From the NCBI RefSeq assembly GCF_006345805.1, contig NC_042998.1, positions 149,420,001 to 149,484,000 of the forward strand: a DNA stretch of 64,000 nucleotides. Reading direction: 5' to 3'. The position numbers were made by a program, and so were the translations under genes. The stretch is from Octopus sinensis (Eukaryota). The notes under the pieces were generated by a model. The model was not told the origin of the DNA. It did not search any database and saw only the letters and a list, made by a program, of their open reading frames with translations. Of this stretch, positions 25,832 to 39,195 are shown piece after piece; position 1 is the first letter of the stretch, and each line of letters opens with the position of its first letter.

Positions 25832-26247
25832 AGCGCAGGTTCTGGGTTCAGTCCCACTGCGTGGTACCTTAGGCAAGTATCTTCTGCTATAGCCTCGGGC
25901 CAACCAAAGCCTTGTGAGTGGATTTGGTAGACAGAACCTGGAAGAAGCCCGTCGTATGTATATACATATACACATATATATATATGTATATGTATGTACA
26001 TATTTACATATGTATATATATATATATATATGTGTGTGTGTGCGTGTGTGTGTGTGTGTGTATTATGTATGTATTTGTGTTTGTCCATACCATCGCTTGG
26101 CAACCGATGCTGGTGTGTTTACGTCCCCGTAACTTAACTGTTCAGCAAAAACAGGTCGATAGAATAAGTCCTGGGTCGATTTGTTCGACTAAAGGCGGTG
26201 CTCCAGCATAGCCGCAGTCAAATGACTCAAACAAGTAAAAAAGAAAA
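25832..26247 (+). mobile_element. SINE family A with internal microsatellite
   Basis: Family A blocks either side of a ~120-bp (TA)/(TG) tract. Confidence 0.9.
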
Positions 26248-28258
26248 CAATATATATATATACATACATACAAATATACGTGCATAAAAGTTGTTAATAT
26301 TTGTAATTTCCTTTTGCGTTGGAGACCGATATTAATTTATATTGCCATACACATATTAACTATTACACACATACATACACTCTATCACTCATTCATTCTC
26401 TCACACATACACATGCCCACACAAAGATACACACACATAAATACGACGTGTATTCATATTGCCTCTCTGTAACAAATGCACTCACACAGCATTGGTGTGC
26501 CGGGGGCTACATTAGAAGACATATAGCCAAGATGCTGCACAATGGGACTGAACTTGAAATCGCGTGGTCTCAAAGCTAGCTCCTTAATTATACAGCCATG
26601 CCTACAATTCTTGCCTGCAGCAAACATCCTATTTTAATTCTGCGTAGAATCTAAAATACTTCCGGAAATTTATCCTTGCTTTCGTAAAATTATCTTATTC
26701 CCTTCTCTTTGAATGTCTCAAACCACGATAGTGTTTTTTTCTTTTGCTTTTCACATCAAAGCCACTGTTTGACTTTGTCTTTGAAATTTATGCAATTGGC
26801 ATTCTTCTATTACTTTTCTTCGGCCTTTTGTTTTATGCTGATGAGGCCAATAACCGAAGCATCTCCCGCGAATGTAGCAAATACTAGATTCACTTTTCTT
26901 TGGCACATAAATTTACTTTTCTTTCCTTGAAATTATCTCCACTTCTTTAGAGATGCCAACCAAGTTTTAAGTGTTCCTAGTATTCGTAATGGATTCTATA
27001 TACTAACATTAATGACGTAGTGTAAGTTGGTTTAATGTAAGGCTTTAATAATTAGTGATTTGGGAACAGAAAGAGAAAATTTGGCAATATCGAAATGAGT
27101 GAATATACACTTACTTTAGTCAATGATATCATTAAGCGAGAGAATGGCGATGTTACTATGGTTCTGGCGATGAAGGTTGTTGACTTTCTTAATTGTATCT
27201 TTCAAGTCATTTAAAATGTTTTTCGTAATTAATCCGATCTCACTCTTGAGATTAATCTGTGTTTTGCATTAGAGGCGGCTTAGAAGACCAGCGAAGTAAA
27301 ATGTCGTAAGAACGACAACACTTTTCAGAAATAAACTAAATTCTGATATCAGGTACATTAAGAAATCTGATAAAATGAAAAATATTTATGAATTAACTAA
27401 CGATATGTCGAGTGCCACTAGAGAAGACTACAGAAAAGTTAACTTACATATTTATAAATACGTAAACAAACGAGGCAGCAGATTACAGTGTTTAACTAAA
27501 CACGTAACATACATCACCTTCAAAGATCACATAACTACAGGTTAATGAAGGCCAAAAAGAGTGAGGTCGATTAATTATCGCACACATTTTAATAAGATTG
27601 ATGACAGAACTAAGAAATCGTCAACTTTTGTTAATGAAACAAGAGTAACACAGTAGTCATCTGGTTTAAAATTATCAATAGATCGATCAAAATATGTACC
27701 AGATATGTACTGGAGTCAAAATAAATTGAAACCTGTAATCAGTGCCAAAGTAAGAATGCATCATTATTATTATTATGATACATTTCTATAGTCAATATTT
27801 CTTGTGGCTTAGTTAGAAAAGGAACGAAAACGTAAAGTTTCTGATGCTGTTAAGTGGAAGTAGAGATGTTACACCCTGATTGGAGATTCGGCTGAATACT
27901 TCTAACAGACTTGACTCTTTTAAACAGACTCAAAGTTGTATCATGTGGCATTTTAAGTTTACCACCTTTGAAGAGGTAGATTCTACCCGACATGCTTTGC
28001 ACATTTTCTATTTCTCCAGTTTCATTCACTTGTGCCGAAGATTATTGTCAGAGATTTCATGCATTAGATTAAATCTGCAGCCACGTGACTACCTATCTCA
28101 TTTCTTAATCCCATTTCTGTGCATGTACAAAATGATCCCAATATTATATGTATGTATGTGTCTGTCTATCTATCTATTTATCAATCTATCTGTATGTCAA
28201 TCTATCTTTCTCTCTCCTCTATCTCTCTCGCCTCTCTCTCTCTCCTCTATCTCTCTCG

Positions 28259-28295
<37 letters not shown>

Positions 28296-28313
28296 ATATA
28301 TATATTATATATA

Positions 28314-28353
<40 letters not shown>

Positions 28354-28447
28354 TATACACACATATACGGATATATAAAATGTACACACACACATAAAGT
28401 GTATATAATATGTAATGCATGCATTATATGAATGTATATATGTGTGT

Positions 28448-28484
<37 letters not shown>

Positions 28485-28488
<4 letters not shown>

Positions 28489-30205
28489 CGTTACATGTTT
28501 TCTGAAGAGAAGTATGGTGAGTTGGAAAACTGAGCTGACATCGTACAAACAAAGCTTGAACACTCTGGGCATCAGGGGAGGAATTTTCCAAGGCGATAAT
28601 TGATTCCCTTAGCCTTTTTGTACTTTACATGATTCCTCTACCTTGGTACTGAGGAAAGTGAACCTGGAATATCAGTTCAAGGGAAAAACGCAAAGATTCA
28701 ACCATGTCTTCATGGATGATCTGAAGCTGTATTACAAAGATGAGGTACAGGTAAGTTCCTAGGTAAACATGTTCCATTGTTTTAGTGTTGATGTTAAGAT
28801 GGAATTCGAAGTTATGAAGGGTAGTATAATGAACCTCAGAAGAGGCAAGATATGTTCCTGGCATGGATAGAATTACCAATTAGAGACGTAGTGAAACCAA
28901 TTGAAAAAGAAGAGCATAAGTACCTTGACATACTAGGACTCAATGAAATCATAGAGATGAAATTGAAAGAACAGCTGAGGAAATAATATTTCCGAAGACT
29001 AAGATTGGTGAGGCACTAAATGGAATAAAATCCAAGCAGTAAATACATGGGCCATAGCATCACTTCGGTAGGGGGATGGAATCATAAACTGGGAGAATAA
29101 AGAACTTATGAGCATGGATACGAATACACGGAAGCTGTTGACAGTGTACGGAACATTCCATCCCAAGCGTGACACTCATAGGTTGTACTTGTCAAGAAGA
29201 AAGGGTGGGAGAGGTTTAATCAGTTGTCAGGAGTGTGTTGAAGCAGTGGAAAACAGTTAGGGTGGCATGTTAAAAATGCTGTGGAACTGTTGTTAATACA
29301 TGTAAAGAAGTCCGGCATCATCAAAATTGATAATTGTGCTAAAAAAGGAAATTCTAAAAAGAAAATGAACACAAAAATAGAAATCGCATGGAAAGAAAAA
29401 ATATACGGTCAGTTTGCAAGAGATTTGAGCTCCAAGACAGAAGGACGGAGGAGTGAAGATAGAAACAGAAGCACGTATATCTGTAGCACAAGAACAAGCG
29501 TTAAGGACTGACTGTGTGAAGTGCAGAGCTGATAACACAACTGAGGACGACAAAAGCAGAATGTGTGGTGAAATTGCTAGGGAATGCCTGAAACTGGCAC
29601 AACGCGAATACAAAGGACATGACAACTTGGCAAGAATGATCCACTGGGAGCTCTGTGGAAATTATGGCCTAGAAAGGTCAGAAGCGAGGTATGACCAAAT
29701 TCCGCAGGGAATTACTGAGAATGAAGATCACAGAATCCTACGGGATGCAATGAATCTGTGTGACCATCAGATCAGCAGTCGGAAATCTGATATTGTCATC
29801 GTGAACAATGAAAAACCATCCATGGTATAATCGACATAACGTCTTGGTGACAAAAGGATCGAAGAGAAAGAAGAAAAAGTGAACAGCTATAACGAATTGA
29901 AGGTTGTGGGCAATGAAGAGAGTGGATGAAATACCAACAGTAATTACCGTGCTTGGAAATATCAGCACTCAACTACCAGCACGGCACAAAAAGATTGGCA
30001 CAAATGTAAAGATAGAACTCCCACAGAAATCATCATTGCTTGGAAATGCAAAAGTACTCTGCAGGGTCCTTGAAGCATGTCCAGTAAGCAACTGACATCT
30101 TAGTCTGGTGACTATGGATAGCTGACACATTCCATCACACCCAGCAAAATAAGCTACTACTACTACTACTACTACTACTAGCAACAATAACAACAACAAC
30201 ACAAC
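28485..30205 (+). mobile_element. R4/Dong-type non-LTR retrotransposon, 5'-truncated and heavily decayed
   Basis: GIFQGD, HLVFMDDLKLY-like, IETEARISVAQEQALRT, HDNLARMIHWELC, SRKSDIVIV motifs with stops; tail (TAC)n/(AAC)n. Confidence 0.85.
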
Positions 30206-30256
30206 AGGTACGTACAAAAACAAAAAGTTAGGGTATTAATATTATTGATAATAATA

Positions 30257-30288
<32 letters not shown>

Positions 30289-30429
30289 GATGATGATGAT
30301 AATGATAATAATAATAATATAATAATAATAATATAATAATATAATATAATAATAATAATAATAATATAATAATAATAATATAATAATAATAATAATAATA
30401 TAATAATATAATATAATAATAATAATAAT

Positions 30430-33400
30430 AAAATATCAGAAATAGAAATAGAACATTTAAAAGAAAAAAATACACCAGGAAAATGTAGATAGAAGCCACA
30501 CAACAATGCCCAATAATATAAACACTGAAACTGTAAAATACGTAGACAAACGCAACATTCCCAACAAACACGATGTAAACAACGAAGGGGAGCCTAATGA
30601 TTATGATAATATAAAAAATAAAATAATCAAAGAACTGAAAACCACAGAGCCCAAAATGGACCACCGACCATACCTCCCAAGAATAAAAATAAATGAAATA
30701 ACAACACCAATTATAAACAGTATAAACCTAGCCGTCACTGAACTAGCCACTGAAACAAACAAAAAAGTGATATCACTGAACTAAATGACTTGATATACGC
30801 AGCAGCCACTGCAGCCACAAAAGAAGCTGGATACTCACCCAAACCCGCCCAAACAGGAGTACCACCACCCAAACAAACCCTGTGGATAAATAACATCCAA
30901 AACAAAATAAAAAAATTTAGAAAAGACCTGTCGATTCTTAATGAAATCAGCAAACAATCAACGCTACTGAGCAACAAAAAGAGAACAAAAATGCTCCGCA
31001 AATATAACATCACAGAAAAAGATTTGCCGGAGATAAAAGAAAAGCTGAAGCTCAAAGGATCCGCCGGTACGAGAAACGCCAACGCTTCTTTGAACAGAAC
31101 AAAAAGTTCAACTCCAACCCCAAAAAGTTCTACCAAGAACTGGGCAAAAATAAAATAGAAGTCACTGCAGCACCAACGGCAGAAGAATTGGAAGAATTCT
31201 GGAGAGAAATATGGTCGGCGAACGAACAGCCAAAAAAAAGGAGTATCAAAATAACAAACTCGGCATCTGAACAACTTTGGACCCCCATAACAACTGAAGA
31301 GGTCACCCAGGCACTTCAAAAACTAAGCAACTAGAAGGCACCTGGGCATGACAAGATCCCCAACTTCTGGTTGAAATATCTAACAAGAATGCACAAAAAG
31401 CTGGCTGAAAACTTTAACAGCATACTAGCAGAGCCAGAGACAATGCCTGAATGGCTCACGAAGGGAAAACCATCTTAATTCCCAAATCAAATGAAACAGC
31501 AAAACCAGAAAACTACAGACCAATAACCTACCTCCCTACTATGTTCAAGGCATTTACTGCAGTGATATCGCAAAGGCTGAACCAGCACCTGGACGAAAAC
31601 AAACCGTTCCCAGAAGAGCAGAAAGGATGCCGCAAAGGCTCATATGGCTGTAAAGATCAACTAATGTTTAATAAAGCCGTAACTGAAGACAGCCACAGAA
31701 AGAAGAAAGGCCTCAGTATGGCCTGGATTGACTACAAAAAGGCGTTTGATAGCATCCCCCACACATGGATCCTCGAAACACTAGCCATTAACAAAGTAGC
31801 ACCAACAATCATAAAATTCATAGAGCACTCTATGAATAAATGGCAAACAGTCCTACACCTCCAAACAAAAGAGGGACTCATGAAAACCAAAGACATCCCC
31901 ATTAGAAGAGGAATATTCCAGGGAGACACGCTCTATCCACTCCTTTTCTGCTTGGCACTGTCACCTCTATCTGGTACGCTAAATAGAACTGGATGCGGAT
32001 ATAAATGTTACGGCAAAACGATCAGCCACCTTTTATATGGATGACCTAAAACTATACGCTGCAAATGACAAACAGCTGGAAACACTATTAAAGACAGTTC
32101 ATGGATTTACCAAGAAATAGATATGAAATTTGGATTAGAAAAATGCGCCAAAGTAACCATGAAAAGAGGAAAACTAGTTAAGAGTAACAACATCACACTA
32201 GATAAAACCAATGAAATAAAAGAATTAGACCAAAGCCAAACTTACAAATACTTAGGAATCCATGAACTAGATAAGACACAACACACACAAATGAAAGAGA
32301 AAATAAAAAAAGAATATTATAGACGAGTTAGATCAATACTAAAAACAGAGCTCAATGCTAAAAACAAGATAATAGGTATCAACACTTTAGCTGTCCCAGT
32401 TATAAGTTACAGCTACAATATCCTTAACTGGACACGAAATGAACTGTCCAAAATAGATAGGAAAACAAGAAAAATACTGACAGGATCTAGGATGCATCAC
32501 CCAAAATCTGACATAGAAAGACTATATATACAACGTATAGAAGGTGGTAGAGGCCTTATACAGCTGGAAAACTACTATAAAATAACCACCATAGGACTGC
32601 AAAAATATCTACTTCAGAAGGAAGGAAAACTCATATAAATAGCAGCAAAACACGAGCAAAACAAAAAACTGTTCTCAGTATTTAAGGAAGCTGACAAATA
32701 CAAACAAGAAATCATACCACCTAATAAACACGAAGAAGAAGAAGAAGATGATGAAGAAACAACAAAAGCTATAAAACAAATGAAATCCAAACTAAAAATA
32801 GAACAGCAACGAACCATGATAAAACGATGGCAAGAAAAGCCCCTTCATGGTAAATACCGCACTAAACTAAACGCAAAAGAAATAGACAAAGAATAATCCC
32901 AGCAATGGTTGAGAAGCTCAGGACTCAAAGCAGAAACAGAGGGATTTTTAATTGCAGCACAAGACCAAAGCCTCCCCACCAGAAATTACCAAAAACATGT
33001 AATGAAAAGAAATATTACAAGTAACTGCAGAATATGTGGAGATGGACAAGAAACAATAAATCATATTATCTCTAGCTGCCCAGTCCTGGCTAAGAAGGAA
33101 TATATTCACAGACATGACAGAGTTGGAACCTACATACATTGGAAGCTATGCCAACATTATGGAATAACAACAGAAAAAAGATGGTATAGGCACACACCAG
33201 AAAAGGTCACAGAAAACGAGAAAGCAACCATACTCTGGGATATGCCGATACACACAGATAGAGAAATTAAGGCCAACAGACCAGATATAGTTGTCAGAGA
33301 TCATGAAGGAAAAAAATGCTTTCTAATTGATGTATCAATACCGGCAGATGACAACGTGTCTCTAAAAGAAATGGAGAAACTCTCAAAATACAAAGAATTG

Positions 33401-33689
33401 GAAATAGAGGTAACTAGAATGTGGAATCTGAAAACAGAAACAATTCCTATCATAGTAGGTGCATTAGGCATGATAAAAAAATATTCAGACAAATACATAA
33501 CAAAAGCACCAGGACTTACAAACACATATAACATACAGAAAATTGCACTACTAGGTACTGCACACATCCTACGCAGAACACTTTCCATACAATAACCATC
33601 AGAGCATCACAACAAATCACAGCACATACCCAAGGCACACAGAGCTGCGCTCGGTAGTGAAGTGAAAGCACGCTATAAAAATAAAACTA

Positions 33690-33770
<81 letters not shown>
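30430..33770 (+). mobile_element. R4/Dong-type non-LTR retrotransposon (RT + CCHC + restriction-like endonuclease), few frameshifts, between (TAA)n tracts
   Basis: NYRPITYLPTMFK, GIFQGDTLYPLLF, YMDDLKLY (frameshifted), CRICGDGQETINHIISSC, RPDIVV..LIDVSIP..KY.EL..EVTRMW; stop 33595; 3' UTR then (TAA)n. Confidence 0.95.
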
Positions 33771-33789
33771 GATGATGTTAATGATTACG

Positions 33790-33945
33790 CCAAGCTTAAC
33801 GACATTTTTGTCTGCTAGTATGTTCTGCTTTCAAATGCCGTCGAGGTCCACTTACCTTTTATTCTTTCAGGGTCGATAAAATCAGTTAATGATTGGAGCC
33901 CAACAAAATTCCTGGCCTTTTGCCTATAGTAGAAAGGATTATTAT
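33790..33945 (+). mobile_element. SINE family C, decayed
   Basis: gccgtcgaggtccacttacc...tttcagggtcgataaaatcag core, (ATT)n tail. Confidence 0.65.
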
Positions 33946-34085
33946 TATTATTATTATTCAGTAGTTTTATTTTTATAGCGTGCTTTCACTTCACTACCGA
34001 GCGCAGCTCTGTGTGCCTTGGGTATGTGCTGTGGTTTGCTGTTTGCTGTTTGCTGTATTGAAAGTGTTTTGCGTAGGATATGTTA
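33940..34085 (-). mobile_element. ~130-bp 3'-end copy of the 30430-33770 R4/Dong family
   Basis: Reverse complement matches cacagcacatacccaaggcacacagagctgcgctcggtagtgaagtgaaagcacgctataaaaataaaactactgaataat exactly. Confidence 0.9.
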
Positions 34086-34124
<39 letters not shown>

Positions 34125-34204
34125 TATTATTATTATTATGATTGTTGTTGTTGTTGTTTTTGTTGTTATTGTTATTACTATTATTATGATTATCATTATT
34201 ATTA

Positions 34205-34410
34205 AGGCGGTGAGCTGGCACGCCAGGCAAAATACTTTGCGGCATTTCGTCCGTCCTTACGTTCTGAGTTTAAAATTCGCCGAGGTCGACTTTGCCTTTC
34301 AACCTTTCAGGGTCGATAAATCAAGTATCAATCAAGTACTTGGGTCGGTGAAATCGACTTACTCCCTCCCCACAAATTACAGGCCTTATGCCTATAGTGG
34401 AGGGCTATTG
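34205..34410 (+). mobile_element. SINE family C
   Basis: aaggcggtgagctggca head; gccgaggtcgactttgcctttcaacctttcagggtcgataaa core shared with 33790, 42990 and 43200. Confidence 0.85.
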
Positions 34411-34429
34411 GACAAGGCTGAAAGGCATG

Positions 34430-34890
34430 AGGACAGATAGCTTCCTCTTTGGTAGAGCTCTCATTGACTTTTTCCAGTTTCACCTGAAAAGGAAATTAAG
34501 AGTGGAGAGGTTAAGTGCTGTCCTCGAATGGGTTTATTGAAAGGTAGGTAAAAGTTGTGAAAATGGCAAGAATGGATGATACCTCTCTAAGTGTAGACCT
34601 GTGAGCCGGAGAAAAGGAATTGAAGAGGGTATTTGCTCCTGGGATTCCTCGATTATCCCTAGAGGCGTTCCTGTATCAGGAGGGCCACATATGTATCATC
34701 CTTCCCGCCACTGTTTTCTTTGCCTTTATATGCTATGCATATGTCCCTTCTTTTTCAGTGTATACCGTGTATACTTGCTTTCCTTCTTTCACCTTTTCCT
34801 TTTTTACTATTTCATTATATGTAAACCCCCTTTTTCTCTGTCTTTATAATGTCCCCCTCACCCTTCGCCCTTGTGGTAAATAAATGAAAT
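34430..34890 (+). mobile_element. L1/Tx1-like LINE 3' end
   Basis: Frameshift-corrected ALIDFFQFHLKRKLRVER...FIERWVKVVKMARMDD, then pyrimidine-rich UTR ending aataaatgaaatcattatt. Confidence 0.55.
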
Positions 34891-35439
34891 CATTATTATA
34901 AACTCAGGTTCGATTCCTGTCAGACCATATCTGAGAAAGTATTTTTCTCACAATATTAACAGTTCTAAGCAAAACATTTAAGTCTATGACGTTTTTGTCG
35001 TTTTGGTGTTTTTGCGGTTTCACCTGGAATAATTTGAAGAAGGGAATCTTTTCATAAATCAAATTTCAACTCGCACCTTTGGTCTTCTACTACACATTCT
35101 TCAGTTTTAGAATCATAGTTCTGACTTTTCCGTTTCCATATATCTTTAAGAGAAATATTATGGACTGTACGAGTAACAATGTCGATTCTATATAACGTTC
35201 ATTAGTTTATTTTCCTTAGACCCTTGTATAAATACCTAAAATCTGATTAGTTGTTAAACTACCGTAAGATAGTTTTGCTTGGCTTGTTTTTTCAAACACC
35301 GCTGCAATTTGATACTTGTACCATTTTACAGTGACTTCTGAATCATGTTTTCGACGCAATTTCAAAATGAAAATTTGAGCTCACTTTTGTATTTTTTCTG
35401 AAACTATATTTTTCAACCACTGAACAAGTGTTTACATTT

Positions 35440-35780
35440 CTACTTTCGATTCTTCGAAGCATAATGGTTATAAAGAAAGGGTTTCTCATTTCTTGTCACA
35501 CTTTTATTAAACTCTGTGAGGTCTTTTTGAGCTGCAGGGGTAGGATAGCGACCGCAAACGAGGCAGTGTTCCATAATTATGGTCTGCTTCTTCACATTCA
35601 TAGGTGATCTTGTAGTCCTATTTGACCAAAGCAACTCATGATCGACTCGTTCTTGAGCTCGTGTAGTCGAGTGCTTTCCAATGATTCCATTGTGCTTCTG
35701 GGACAGAGGGGAAGTCTTCAACAGGGAGTGGGATTCCACGTCAGTTGGAGGTGAGTCGTCCTCAAGCTTTTCCAACAGAG
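35440..35780 (-). CDS. Candidate terminal coding exon of an unidentified gene
   Basis: Non-repetitive ~113-codon open frame; possible acceptor ataAG|CT at 35780 with in-frame stop just upstream; AATAAA at ~35206-35211 on minus; no recognised domain. Confidence 0.25.
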
Positions 35781-35810
35781 CTTATAATGTAAACGCTTCC
35801 AAGTGTTTAC

Positions 35811-35880
<70 letters not shown>

Positions 35881-37144
35881 AACAGACAGACAAACAGACA
35901 GACACAGGAGAGAGAGAATTCTCTTTCTATGTATGTGTGCGTGTGTGCGTGTGAGTTTGTAAGTCTGTGTGCATGTATTAAAATGTTGACGATGACCACG
36001 AAGTCAATTGCAAGTTATATTTTTAAATTCATTTTTGTATTCAACAGCTTATTAATATAATAAATATATAATCAGTTCAAAGACTGCAAAACAAATATAA
36101 CAAGTACAAAGAAACAGAAAAGTTTAAAACTATAATTTTCAAAGACTAACAATCAAAACAGAAGTTGACTAAAAACCGAAACAAAGTAAATATTATAAGA
36201 AATGAATGCATTACTAAGATGATCTTGAAAAATTTACTGTAAAGATGACGAAATAATCAGAAATTTTAGCAGAGCTTTAATTTGGTTGATACCACACTAG
36301 TGTAAGACTCAGACGAAAATAGATTCTATGAAAACAAGGTTATAAAAATGGGATTTATTTTAATATTTACAGGGTTAAACTAGAGTAGTTTGTCATGTCT
36401 GTTGTTTTCTAAACAGCGTTATATAATACGGGTATCATGGTAACATAAATCTTGAAGAAATTTCTTTTCCTTCTTTGATTGTTTTGCTCTTATTAGAATT
36501 TCTATTCACTCTGGGCATAAACCAACCAGCATTACACACAGAACTTGGTAAATTTCCTCAGAACCTCCGTCTCTCTCTCTCTCTCCTTATCTCTCTCCTC
36601 TCTCTCTCTCTTTCTCCCTCTCTCTCTTTCTCCCTCTCTCTCTTTCTCCCTCTCCCCCTCTCTCTTTCTTCCCTTCTCTTTCTCTTTCCCTCTTTTTCTC
36701 TGTCTAGCTGTCTGTCTCTGCCTATATGCCTCTCTTTCCCTTTCTGTCCCTTTCTCTCTCTCTCTCTCTCTCTCTCTCGTGTCGCGTGTGAGCGTGCGAT
36801 CGGATTTGTGTTTTCCAATTCTTTTTACTGTGTAACAGTTCCTTTGTTTACTTGTCAAGAATGATATTATCTTCAAGTGAAAGTTTATCATTCAGTGGGT
36901 TTTATGAAGATGTTTTTGAGCTTCTTCGAAATGTTTAATCAAACTAACCATTACCATTACATTGAGATAATTATCACGAAGGCCATTAGCCTTCATAAAA
37001 GCACAAACGGCTACTATGATCTTTATAAAAACAAACATGTCTATCATGTCACTGTTGCTACTACTCTGGGTCTATCACCAATGCAATTCTCAAAACAGAA
37101 CAAATCTAACTTTACATTCATTCTCATCATTATGTTAAAGTCCG

Positions 37145-37370
37145 TCTGAAGCCCTCGGGTGTCCATAGGACCAGAGCTTATCCCGTTTTCTATGGTGTAT
37201 AAATAATTGAATGTACAAACTCCCTTCACTCATACCCCATCCGGCCTCGTGCTGAACATCAGTCCGTCGGAGGGTGATCCTTCCTACCCAAGTGTGGGTG
37301 GTATAAATTTTCAGCTGACTGGGCTGAAGTAACGTAAAACAAAGTCCATTGTACAAGAACACAACCATAG
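37145..37370 (-). mobile_element. Decayed SINE, family B-like
   Basis: Reverse complement contains cagtcagctgaaaattt core and a tail with ataagctctggtcctatgg. Confidence 0.55.
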
Positions 37371-37550
37371 TCTACGAAAATAAACCAAAATTATATATAT
37401 ATATACTTCTACATTCTGCAGTCTGCAGAAGATAAACAATGAATATATATATTTATTCACACTGCAGCCTACAAGATAAACTTACAAAGATATATATATT
37501 TATATATGTGTGTGTGTTATGCATGTATGTGTGTGTATATATATATATAC

Positions 37551-37618
<68 letters not shown>

Positions 37619-38206
37619 GCATGTATGTATGTATGTATGTATGTATGTATGTATTGTATGTATGTATGTATGTATGTATGTATGTATGTATGTATGTATG
37701 TATGTATGTATGTATATATTTATCTATCTTGTAGTTTACAAAGATAATCCAGAGAAAGAAGCTTACATTCACTCTTCAATTTAAACGCCCACAAAAATCC
37801 TCTAACGAACTCGATATCTTCAAAGACAAATTTCAAAACTTGAAGCTTGCAAAGATAAATATATTGCCGGATTGTGAACAAGATCTTGTACACAACAGTT
37901 ACAGAGATCTACATTTTGATTGTGATATAGACAATCGTATAGTTAAATATTTAATATGAACATGATCTTCAGAACTAGATTCCAGCACCAATTGGTGAGA
38001 AACGTATCTACGAAACAACCTGACGTCGAAAAGACTAGAGTACAAGCTCCCATAGAGAAGGATCAAAGAGCAAAACCCGAAGCATAGAATCTGAACTCGT
38101 CAAAATATCTACTAAGACTGACAAAACTAGTGTATTCCACAGTACAGGGACTATAGTTAGAATCACTGAAGATTGGTTCCACAAAGTTACACTACAAAGT
38201 TACACT

Positions 38207-38635
38207 ACAGATATGGTTGCGTGTTAAGAAGCTTGCTTCCCAACTGCATGGCTCTAGGTTCATTCCCATTGTTTGACACCTTGGGCAAGTGTCCCCTTGT
38301 ATATAGCGTCTTCTACAACCTACTATAATCTTCACAAAAATTTTGTGAGTGGATTTGGTGGACGGAAACTGAAAGAAACCCGTTGTTTGTGTATATATCT
38401 ATGCGTGTCTTTGTGTCTGTGTTTGTCCCTCACTACCAATTGACAATAATTGTTGGAGTGTTTACGTCCCCGTAACTAAGCAGTTCAGCAAAAGAGATCA
38501 ATAGAATGAGTATCAGGCTTTAAAAAGTACTGAGGTCGATGCATTCGACTAAACAATTTTCAAGGCGGTGCCCCAGCATGGCCGAAGTCTGGTGACTGGA
38601 ATAAGTAAAAAATAAAGATAAAAGATAAAAGATAC
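38207..38635 (+). mobile_element. SINE family A
   Basis: Head aagaagcttgcttcccaac to tail ggcggtgccccagcatggcc...aaagataaaagata. Confidence 0.85.
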
Positions 38636-38929
38636 AATAACATACACGAGGAGTCCTTTATGTGGTTGTCTGACCTGCTAGAAATAGTTTCTAAATTGCC
38701 TCAACTCAATCCCTAGTGTCTTTGAAAGGAAACTGACATTGTATACTATAGATGTAACGTGACAATAAGGCAAATTAGACTGGTTGACCATACTTATGGT
38801 CAAAGGCCATAAATATGATCAATGAAAACCAATCTCGAAAATAAACAGCAAGAAGAATTTTGTAGCAACCAAAAATCCATAAGACTACAATTACTGGCAA
38901 TCCGTATGTTAAGATAACAAGTGTCTCAG

Positions 38930-39195
38930 TTGATCCGATTAACGGAAGAGCTGGCTCCTGAAATGATCATGCAAGTGGCTGAACACTCCACAGATACGCG
39001 TAACCTTAACGTAGCTCTCCGGGAGATTCAGCGTGACACAAAATGTGACAAGAATGGCCCTTTGAAATACAGGTACTACTCGTTTTTTCCAACTGAATGG
39101 ATTGAAGTAAAGTGAAATAAAGTGCCTTGCTTAAGGACAAAACGCACCGCCGGGAATCGAACTGATGACCTTACGATCGTGTGCCGAATACCCTA
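38930..39195 (-). mobile_element. SINE family B
   Basis: Homologous to 17048-17340 and 53440-53745 (ccctttgaaatacaggtactactc block). Confidence 0.8.

Noticed and set aside
26838-26863. CTGATGA-GG ccaataa CC-GAAG hammerhead-like motif
   Set aside because: Only 2-bp stem II, GAAG instead of GAAA, and no stem I pairing; at best a very decayed copy, so not counted.
30225-30236. TTAGGG telomere-like motif
   Set aside because: Single unit; expected by chance.
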